A stretch of 32,000 nt of DNA from Pseudodesulfovibrio mercurii. GTDB taxonomy: Bacteria > Desulfobacterota > Desulfovibrionia > Desulfovibrionales > Desulfovibrionaceae. Position numbers and translations under genes: made by a program. The notes under the pieces are model-generated. The model saw only the letters and a program-made list of their open reading frames with translations. It did not search any database and was not told the DNA's origin. The stretch lies in the NCBI RefSeq assembly GCF_000189295.2, contig NC_016803.1, positions 2,370,001 to 2,402,000 of the forward strand, given 5' to 3'. Below are positions 1-6,895 of this stretch, one piece after another. The number at the start of each line of letters is the position of its first letter. Position 1 is the stretch's first letter.

Positions 1-419
1 AGGAGCTGCCCGGCATCGACTGGCTGATCAACGGCCACATCCACCGCCCCCAGCCAACCGTGACCAAGGGCCAAACCACCTGGGCCAACCCCGGCAACAT
101 CACCCGGCTGACCTTCTCCCGCCGGTCCATGGTCCGTCAGCCCGCCGCCGCCGTCTGGACGCCCGGCTGCGCCGAGCTTGAACCGTGGGTGGTCCCGCAC
201 CTGCCCTTCGACCAGGTCTTCCCGGACCAGGAACTCCCGCCCGAGGAGCAGGAGACCGAAGGCGAATCCAATTTCATCAAGGGTCTGGAACGGCTCGCCT
301 GGCAACGCACCCACGAGGGCACGGGCCTCAGGCAGTTCCTGACCGAAAACCTGAGCAGCGAAACCCCGGAAGGCAAACTCATCTGGGAACTCTACGAGGA
401 GGTCATACACGGTGAATAA
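1..419 (+). CDS. metallophosphoesterase (SbcD/Mre11-like calcineurin-fold family), C-terminal part; 5' end lies outside the window
   Basis: Frame 3 is open from nt 3. Translation ELPGIDWLINGHIHRPQPTV... carries the GHxH metallophosphoesterase motif. ORF-track entry 60..419 is only the part after an internal GTG. Stop TAA 417-419 overlaps the next start (GTGAATAA). Confidence 0.8.
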   Translation, partial: ELPGIDWLINGHIHRPQPTVTKGQTTWANPGNITRLTFSRRSMVRQPAAAVWTPGCAELEPWVVPHLPFDQVFPDQELPPEEQETEGESNFIKGLERLAWQRTHEGTGLRQFLTENLSSETPEGKLIWELYEEVIHGE

Positions 420-732
420 CAACCCCAACCAAACAGGGACGAACCGCGACGCCCAGGTGGAACAGGAGCTGGACGCCCTGCGCCGCCAATACGAACAGCT
501 GCGCGACCGCAAGGTGCGCACCGAAGAGGCCGTGGCCCAGCTGACCCACCAGCTCGAAACCCTCAAGACCCAGGCCGAGGCCGAGTACGGGACCAGCGAC
601 CTCAAGGAACTGCAACGGCTTCTCGAAGAGAAACGGCAGCAAAACGAGGAAGTTGTGGCTAAGTACCGCGAACATATCCAACAGGTGCGGGCCGACCTCG
701 CCCAGGTGGAAAACGCGGTGGAGGGCGACTAG
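412..732 (+). CDS. coiled-coil protein, 106 aa (probable arm segment of the adjacent SMC/Rad50-like ATPase)
   Basis: GTG start overlaps the upstream stop by 8 nt, suggesting translational coupling. The sequence is heptad-like and rich in E/Q/R/L throughout, with no enzymatic motif. It ends at TAG 730-732, directly followed in the same frame by ATG 733. Confidence 0.55.
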   Translation: MNNNPNQTGTNRDAQVEQELDALRRQYEQLRDRKVRTEEAVAQLTHQLETLKTQAEAEYGTSDLKELQRLLEEKRQQNEEVVAKYREHIQQVRADLAQVENAVEGD

Positions 733-1398
733 ATGGCCCCGGCCAACGAACTGGACGAACTGCGCCGCGAACGCCGCCGGGCCGAGGGCAGGCTGCACCG
801 CCTGTCCGCCCTGGGCGAGCAGTGGCACGCCGAGCACGGCCGCGTACGCCGCAAGCTCGCCGAGGTGCGCGCGTTCCTGGACCTCGCCCCCAGGGCGAGC
901 GACACCCTCGAGGAGCTGTCCACCGCCCTGTTCGGCCGCATCCTCGACGAGGTGGAGGCCAACCTGACCCACGCCATCCGCGAGATCCTGGGCCAGGACC
1001 GGGTGGTCGTCACCGAGCGCGAGGTCAAGAACAACCGTCTCCAAATCCACTTTCTCATCCGCAACCAGGGCCGCGAGGACGAGGTCGAGGACATCATGAC
1101 CGGCCAGGGCGGCTCGGTCTGCAACATCCTGTCCGTGGGCCTTCGGCTCATCGCCCTGTCCCAGCTGCCCGAGGCCGCCCACCGCCCCTTCCTCGTGCTC
1201 GACGAACAGGACTGCTGGCTCAAGCCCGGCCTGATCCCCAAATTCATGAAGCTCATTCAGGAGATCGCCGCCCGCCTGGACATCCAGCTCCTGGTCATCA
1301 GCCACCACCCCCTCGACCTCTTCGCCGGGTCCGCCGACCGCATCTACGCCCTCACCCCGGACCGCGAGCACGGCGCAACCGTCAAACAGGTCAAATAA
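733..1398 (+). CDS. SMC/Rad50/SbcC-like ABC-type ATPase, C-terminal head half only (221 aa)
   Basis: Signature-like 'TGQGGSV' is followed by Walker B 'PFLVLDEQD' and H-loop-like 'LLVISHH'. The N-terminal ~60 aa are coiled-coil-like. No Walker A/P-loop is present in this ORF or in 412-732. Confidence 0.7.
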   Translation: MAPANELDELRRERRRAEGRLHRLSALGEQWHAEHGRVRRKLAEVRAFLDLAPRASDTLEELSTALFGRILDEVEANLTHAIREILGQDRVVVTEREVKNNRLQIHFLIRNQGREDEVEDIMTGQGGSVCNILSVGLRLIALSQLPEAAHRPFLVLDEQDCWLKPGLIPKFMKLIQEIAARLDIQLLVISHHPLDLFAGSADRIYALTPDREHGATVKQVK

Positions 1399-1413
1399 CC
1401 CGCCCCGCCCCGT

Positions 1414-1439
1414 AAATCCGGCCCCTCCACACCGGATTT
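1414..1439 (+). terminator. hairpin just downstream of the ATPase gene (weak terminator candidate)
   Basis: AAATCCGG-N10-CCGGATTT inverted repeat 16 nt after the stop codon. No clean T-run follows, so confidence is low. Confidence 0.3.
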
Positions 1440-1756
1440 CGCCCCCCGACCCCTGGACAAAGCCGCCGGGATGCTTACTTCTATAGTGCCAAAGATGGCC
1501 ATAAGGGATTTGCCCGCAAGGGATCGGCCCCATGACATATATGGCAGGAACCGTAACGGAGGGTGATGTGGATTGATCCTCGCAAAAACCATAAAACAGC
1601 GAACCGAGTCGCGCTCCCGCAAAGCATAGTGTGCGCATGGACCCCCGAGGCAATCAACGCCAGGGACCACCGGGTAATCCGGCCAGCGCACTTTTTTTGT
1701 GCCCTTTTTCCAGTGACGCGGACGGCTGGCGGGGCTGGATGGGAGGAGCGGGGAAT

Positions 1757-2408
1757 GCCTCCGGCGGCCCCTTCGGGGAGAGCCCTCGCCGGGCGGCGCC
1801 TCCGGCGGGCAGGGCGCTGCCCTGCACCCGCTCAAGGCCGAGGGCCTTGAGAATCCCATTGCCTCGCTTGCGCTCGGGGTGCGTGCGGCGGAAGGCTTGG
1901 CAAGGGACGCCTTCCGCCGTGCCGGTGTGCGGTTTCGCACAGAAAAAACGGATGAAACGGCGTGCTTCTTAACGAAAAGAAGCACGCCGTTTTTTCTGCC
2001 CGAAATCGCGGGTTTTATTTTTTTAGGAGGGGGATAGCGCGGAAATAGCTTCTGTTTTGCCGCTTTTTACCAACGCCGCAAAACCGGCTTGATGGGTTCC
2101 ACCTGCCCCCCAGCGGCGTTGGGCCAACGTCCCGGAGGGTTCGCGCGGGACGGCCCTCCGGGGCCCGTGGCCGCCCCGCGCGAACCCTTCGGGACACCGC
2201 CTGCCCGCCCCCAGCCAATTCCCCCGCGAACAATCTCCCCCCCCTTCCACCTCCTCCCAACCCGCACATCCCCCCGCGCCCGCACGCCCCTGCCGGAGGC
2301 ACACAAAAAGTTTGGGAGAGTCCAGAGAACCCTTTCCAAAGGGTTCTTTGGCGGGGCCTGGGGCAGAGCCCCAGCGGGGTCCGGGGCAGCGCCCCGGCCG
2401 CCGGAGGC
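1757..2408 (+). repeat. copy A of a ~0.6-kb dispersed non-coding mosaic repeat (chain of palindromic units)
   Basis: Long blocks align by eye with 5010-5584 in the same orientation. Examples: gcctccggcggccccttcggggaga..., ggcggaaggc-loop-gccttccgcc, the terminator hairpin, taccaacgccgcaaaaccggcttgatgggttcc..., and ...aaaaagtttgggagagtccagagaaccctttccaaagggttctttgg. Copy A has an extra ~46 nt at 2353-2398. Confidence 0.9.
1957..1996 (+). terminator. rho-independent terminator inside repeat copy A
   Basis: Perfect 14-bp stem ACGGCGTGCTTCTT / AAGAAGCACGCCGT with a 6-nt loop, followed by TTTTTT. Confidence 0.8.
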
Positions 2409-2509
2409 ATTCCCGGCTCGGTTTCCCGGCTGAAATGCCGGGGCATACCTTAAGAAACGCGAAGAATGTCCGATACAGGGGGACGACTATTGCGATGAAG
2501 GAGCGGTTG

Positions 2510-2920
2510 ATGGGCAACGTGGTGGCCTTGGACGAATTTCGGCGGGCATTGGATCGGCGCGAGGAGCGCGGTCCGGTGGTGCCGCGTCCGGAGATCCGGG
2601 GAGCGGAGATATGGGGCCGCGACTACAGGCAGTTGGAGGCGGTGGTTTTCGGGCTGTTGAAGGTCCGGGAGATCGCGGCCTACCATGCGTCGTTGCGCGC
2701 GGCCCGGCATGCGGACGGGTCCGGGCGGGCGTTCGACCAGCTGTGCCTGAACGCGCTCGACGCGGCCTATCACGTGGAGGACCGCGGCCCGGCTCGGCTC
2801 AAGGCGGCGGTCAAGCCGCTCAAGGAATGGCTTCTGGACGCCATGACCGAGGACAACAAGCGCGACATGGCCTGGGCCCTGGTCCTGGTCGACCTCATCG
2901 AGAAGTCCCCCAGTAAATGA
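2510..2920 (+). CDS. hypothetical protein, 136 aa, predicted all-helical, no recognised motif
   Basis: ATG 2510 is preceded by GAAGGAG at a 5-nt spacing. ORF-track 2312..2920 is trimmed because its upstream part runs through the repeat. Codon usage resembles neighbouring genes (G/C at third positions). Confidence 0.65.
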   Translation: MGNVVALDEFRRALDRREERGPVVPRPEIRGAEIWGRDYRQLEAVVFGLLKVREIAAYHASLRAARHADGSGRAFDQLCLNALDAAYHVEDRGPARLKAAVKPLKEWLLDAMTEDNKRDMAWALVLVDLIEKSPSK

Positions 2921-3213
2921 TGGTCGACAAGCGACCGACATCCATTTTCATTATAAATTGAGTTAATTAAACGGTGCCGATTGCGTCGCTGGCTCTTCGC
3001 GCACGGCCGGGTTTCCGGGCCTGACGCCGGTTTGGCGGCAGGGGGGAGGCGGGGCGCGGGGGTGCGGTTCGCGGGCGGCGAAAGGCGGTGGGCGGACGGG
3101 CGGGTTTTCGGACCGCGTGAACGCCGGGTGCGGTTTTTTGCCGTTTACCAGCCGGATTGCGCCCTTCCCCGATAAAGTATTGCCTGGACCGGGCGGGGTC
3201 GTATGGTGCAGGC

Positions 3214-4029
3214 ATGGGAGAAGTCGAAGTCGGCCGGGGCGGCCCGCATATTCTGCTGTCGGCGGGGTGTCTGTTTCACCTGCCGCTCAAGCTCGTGGCG
3301 CGCATGGGCCGGGAGGCCGGGTTTGCGGGCATGGAGCTGATCATGAACTCGCCCAAGCTCACGCCCGAGGCCGGGCTCGGCGCTATCCACGACATCCTGC
3401 CCATCCGCAGCCTGCACGCGCCGTTCCGCGACTGGGCGGCCTGGGGCGGGCATCTCAACGCCTGGAAGGCGACCACGGCCCTGGCCAACTCCCTGCCCGA
3501 GGCGGACCACATCGTCATGCACCCGCCCGGTTCGCGGCTGGCCAACATGATCCAGAACCGCTGGTTCGAAAAGGCCGTGGACCTGCCCCTGCTCCTGGAC
3601 GCCAAGGGGCGCATCCGCTTCTCGCTGGAAAACATGCCCTGGGCCGAGGGATCGCCCTTCGGCCGCGACCCGCTGGACAAGCTCATGGCCCAGTGCCGGG
3701 ACAAGAACGTGGGGTTGACCTTCGACGTCTGCCACATGGGCGTGTCCGGCCGCGACGTGCTCCACGCCATCGACAGGGTGCCCCTCGACCTGCTCTACAA
3801 CGTGCACTTCTCCGACGCCGTGGGCTACACCGAACACCTCGCGCCGGGACGGGGCGCGCTGCCCCTCGACGCCTTCCTCGAACGCCTTGGCAAACGGGGC
3901 TACGCCGGATACATTACCCTCGAACTGGAACCAGGCGCCTTCCCGGACGACGCGGAAGGCACCGTGCACATGCTGACCACCCTGCGCCGACACATGGAGG
4001 CGCGGCTGACAACCGGCCAAAGAGACTGA
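3214..4029 (+). CDS. sugar phosphate isomerase/epimerase (xylose isomerase-like TIM barrel family)
   Basis: 271 aa. Family-typical blocks 'FSLENMPW', 'VHFSD', 'GYITLELEP'. Start trimmed from 3157 to ATG 3214 (MGEVEV...). Confidence 0.8.
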   Translation: MGEVEVGRGGPHILLSAGCLFHLPLKLVARMGREAGFAGMELIMNSPKLTPEAGLGAIHDILPIRSLHAPFRDWAAWGGHLNAWKATTALANSLPEADHIVMHPPGSRLANMIQNRWFEKAVDLPLLLDAKGRIRFSLENMPWAEGSPFGRDPLDKLMAQCRDKNVGLTFDVCHMGVSGRDVLHAIDRVPLDLLYNVHFSDAVGYTEHLAPGRGALPLDAFLERLGKRGYAGYITLELEPGAFPDDAEGTVHMLTTLRRHMEARLTTGQRD

Positions 4030-4032
4030 CCC

Positions 4033-4443
4033 ATGCCCCAAGCCTACCTCGACGAGATCCGCCGCCCCGACCAGACCGTGAACAACCTCTTCGCCTTCCT
4101 CGGCATCGTCGTGGACAGCATCGAACCGGACCGGGCCGTGCTGCGCCTGCCGTTCCGCCCGGAACTGACCCAGGGAGCGCGCATGGTCGCGGGCGGCGTG
4201 CTCGCCACCCTGCTCGACGAAACCATGGCCCACGCCGTGCTCGGCGGCAACCGGCCCGGCGAGCGCACCACCACCGTGGACCTGTCCGTCAGCTACCTGC
4301 GCGCGGTCAAGCCGGGCTCGGACCTGACCTGCGAGGCCCGCGTGGTCAAACGCGGCGGCCGCGTCCTGTTCGTCGAAGCCGCCGTATCGAGCGACGACCG
4401 CGAAGTGGCCAGGGCCACGGCCTCGTTCCTGCTCCTGGCCTGA
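4033..4443 (+). CDS. PaaI-family hotdog-fold thioesterase
   Basis: 136 aa. 'LGI...LRLPFRPELTQ..G.V.GGVLATLLDETM' and 'GGRVLFVEA' match the PaaI/YdiI thioesterase pattern. Starts 4 nt after the upstream stop, consistent with an operon. Confidence 0.8.
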   Translation: MPQAYLDEIRRPDQTVNNLFAFLGIVVDSIEPDRAVLRLPFRPELTQGARMVAGGVLATLLDETMAHAVLGGNRPGERTTTVDLSVSYLRAVKPGSDLTCEARVVKRGGRVLFVEAAVSSDDREVARATASFLLLA

Positions 4444-4543
4444 TCCGGCCATCCCGGCCAGGCCCGGCCTGACCCGCCGCCCCTTGCCCCGCGCGGTTTC
4501 ATGCTTATTTTCCTCCGTATGCAACCCACGGAGGAATATACCC

Positions 4544-4978
4544 ATGACCACCGATAACCGACTCATCGTCTGCCCCCACTGCGGGGCGGTCAACCGCGTT
4601 CACACCGGCCGCGAGGCCGAAGCCACCTGCGGCAAATGCCACGCCCGGGTCTTCGAAGACCACCCCCTCGAACTCGTCGGCACGACCTTCGACCGCCATA
4701 TCGCCAAATCCGAAGTCCCCACCCTCGTGGACTTCTACTCGCCCACCTGCGGCCCCTGCCTCATGATGGGCCCCCAGTTCGCCGACGCCGCCAAAACCCT
4801 CTTCCCCCAGGTCCGCCTGGCCAAGATCGATACCGCCGCCGAACAACAGATCGCCGCCCGCTACGGCATCCGCGCCGTGCCCACCCTCGTCCTGTTCCGT
4901 AACGGACGGGAAATAGCCCGCCAACCCGGCGCCATGAACGCCCGCGACATCGTGGGCTGGACCCGACAGTACGTGTAG
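4544..4978 (+). CDS. trxC: thioredoxin 2 type (N-terminal zinc-finger thioredoxin)
   Basis: 144 aa. N-terminal CPHC...CGKC zinc-finger pair, thioredoxin fold with CGPC active site, cis-Pro block 'VPTLVLF'. ATG 4544 is preceded by GGAGGAA. ORF-track 4484 trimmed. Confidence 0.85.
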   Translation: MTTDNRLIVCPHCGAVNRVHTGREAEATCGKCHARVFEDHPLELVGTTFDRHIAKSEVPTLVDFYSPTCGPCLMMGPQFADAAKTLFPQVRLAKIDTAAEQQIAARYGIRAVPTLVLFRNGREIARQPGAMNARDIVGWTRQYV

Positions 4979-5009
4979 GGAGCTGCGGCGGAAGGGCGGA
5001 GCGGAGAAG

Positions 5010-5584
5010 GCCTCCGGCGGCCCCTTCGGGGAGACCAGGGCGCTGCCCTGGACCCGGCAGGGAGCAAAGCCCCCTGCACCCCCATGTTCGCTGCGCTCAG
5101 ATGCGTGCGGCGGCGGAAGGCCGGCGCGGGACGCCTTCCGCCGTGCCGATGTGCGATTCCGGGCAGAAAAAACGGATGAAACGGCGTGCTTCTCAACGAA
5201 ACAAAGCACGTCGTTTTTTCTGCCCGAAATCGCATGTTTTTGTTTTTCAAGAAGGGGATAACGCCCCAAGAAGCACTATTTTTCCCGCCTTCTACCAACG
5301 CCGCAAAACCGGCTTGATGGGTTCCGCCTGCCCCCCGGCGGCGTTGGGCCAACGTCCCGAAGGGTTCGCGCCGGGCGGCCCTCCGGAGCCCGTGGCAGTC
5401 CCGCGCGAACCCTTCGGGACACCGCCTGCCCGCCCCAAACCAATCCCTCCGCCAACGCTCTCCATCCTTCCTCCCCATCCAACCCGCACATCCCCCCGCG
5501 CCCGCACGCCCCTGCCCAAGGCACACAAAAAGTTTGGGAGAGTCCAGAGAACCCTTTCCAAAGGGTTCTTTGGCCGCCGGAGGC
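5010..5584 (+). repeat. copy B of the ~0.6-kb dispersed mosaic repeat
   Basis: See 1757-2408. Same block order and orientation. It sits directly after the trxC stop and before the PLP-enzyme gene. Confidence 0.9.
5181..5219 (+). terminator. rho-independent terminator inside repeat copy B (likely trxC terminator)
   Basis: ACGGCGTGCTT...AAGCACGTCGT stem (one G-T wobble pair) followed by TTTTTT. Confidence 0.7.
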
Positions 5585-5674
5585 CTCCCCCGCTCGCCGG
5601 TCGGCCGCGCTTGTTTCCCATGGCCGGGTCTGGTATTTCTGCACGAGTATTTTTCAATCGATTCAGGAGTGTTT

Positions 5675-6865
5675 ATGAGCCAGGAGCGGAAGTACGGTCA
5701 GGGGACCGAGGCGGTTTGGGGCGGCGAGGAGGGGTTGTTCGAGGGCAACGCCACGCAGGTGCCGGTGGTGCACAGCGTCTCGTTCGGGTACGAGGACATG
5801 GACGAGTGGCTGGAGGTGGCCCTGGGCAACCGGCCGGGGCACATTTACAGCCGCAACACGAACCCCACGGTGGCGGTATTCGAGGAGAAGGTCCGACTGC
5901 TGGAGGGCGGCGAGGCGGCCACGAGCGCGTCCTCGGGCATGGGCATCATCTCCAACGCCCTGTTCGCGTTGCTCAAGCCGGGCGACCGGGTGGTCTCGGT
6001 CAAGGACACGTACGGCGGCACGAACCGGATGTTCACGGAATTTCTGCCCAGGGTGAACGTGGACGTGACCCTGTGCGACACCACGGACCATGCGGCCATC
6101 GAGGCGGAGGTGGCCAAGGGGTGCACGGTGCTGTACCTGGAGACCCCGACCAACCCGACCATCAAGGTGCTGGACATCGAGCGGCTGGCCAGGGCGGGCA
6201 AGGCGACCGGGGCCGTGGTCATGGCGGACAACACGTTCGCCACGCCGGTGAACCAGAATCCGCTGGCCCTGGGCGCCGACCTGGTGCTGCACAGCGCGAC
6301 CAAGTACCTGGGCGGGCACGCCGACGCCTTGGGCGGGGTGGCGGTGGGCAGCGCCGAGCTGATCAAGACCATCTATTCGTACCGCGAGATCGTGGGCAAC
6401 GTGTTGGAGCCCATGAGCGCTTATTTGTTGTTGCGCGGCATGAAGACGCTGCATCTGCGCATCGAGCGGCAGAACGCCAACGCCTTGGAGATCGCCCGGT
6501 TTTTAGAGGGCCATCCGGGGGTGGAGAAGGTGTTTTATCCGGGCCTGGAATCCCATCCGGGGCACGAGATCGCCTGTCGGCAGATGCGCGGCTTCGGCGG
6601 GATGCTCAGTTTCGTGGCCAGGGGCGGGACCTATGCGGACGCCTGCCGGGTGCTGTCGCGGCTGAAGCTGGCGCGGCGCGCGGCCAACCTGGGGGCGGTG
6701 GAGACCATCGCCGGTCCGCCCGCGACCACGAGCCACGTGGAGTGCACCAAAGCGGAGCGCGCGGCCATGGGCATTCCCGAGAGCCTGATCCGCTACTCCG
6801 TGGGCATCGAGGACGTGGAGGATTTGAAGGCGGACCTGGACCGGGCGTTGCGACTGGACGCTTGA
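5675..6865 (+). CDS. Cys/Met-metabolism PLP-dependent enzyme (cystathionine gamma-synthase / methionine gamma-lyase / O-acylhomoserine sulfhydrylase family)
   Basis: 396 aa. PLP-lysine block '[10 protein letters not shown]', 'YSRNTNPT', 'DNTFATP'. ATG 5675 is preceded by AGGAG. ORF-track 5534 trimmed because the upstream part lies in the repeat. Confidence 0.9.
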   Translation: MSQERKYGQGTEAVWGGEEGLFEGNATQVPVVHSVSFGYEDMDEWLEVALGNRPGHIYSRNTNPTVAVFEEKVRLLEGGEAATSASSGMGIISNALFALLKPGDRVVSVKDTYGGTNRMFTEFLPRVNVDVTLCDTTDHAAIEAEVAKGCTVLYLETPTNPTIKVLDIERLARAGKATGAVVMADNTFATPVNQNPLALGADLVLHSATKYLGGHADALGGVAVGSAELIKTIYSYREIVGNVLEPMSAYLLLRGMKTLHLRIERQNANALEIARFLEGHPGVEKVFYPGLESHPGHEIACRQMRGFGGMLSFVARGGTYADACRVLSRLKLARRAANLGAVETIAGPPATTSHVECTKAERAAMGIPESLIRYSVGIEDVEDLKADLDRALRLDA

Positions 6866-6895
6866 CGCGAGCACGCCGAGGGGTGAGAAGAAGAT

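Noticed and set aside
730-732. Pyrrolysine or other recoding at the in-frame TAG
   Set aside because: Nothing in the window (no pyl genes, no obvious downstream PYLIS-like element) supports it. Stop-then-restart or a nonsense mutation are simpler explanations. It is kept only as something to exclude in the related finding.
2015-2517. Small ORFs inside the mosaic repeat (for example 2089-2433(+), 2067-2339(-), and 5292-5657(-) in copy B) as conserved peptides
   Set aside because: The two repeat copies differ by frame-breaking indels and mostly non-synonymous changes. The predicted peptides are Pro/Arg/Gly-rich. The hairpin structure explains the conservation better than coding does.
1757-5584. 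CRISPR array interpretation of the repeated sequences
   Set aside because: There are only two long (~0.6 kb) copies, 3.2 kb apart and separated by ordinary genes. There are no short regularly spaced direct repeats and no cas genes.
5620-5650. Sigma54-type promoter (TGG...TGC) upstream of the PLP-enzyme gene
   Set aside because: The GG and GC elements in tggtatttctgca are about 9 nt apart instead of the required 12-nt register (TGGCAC-N5-TTGC). It does not fit.
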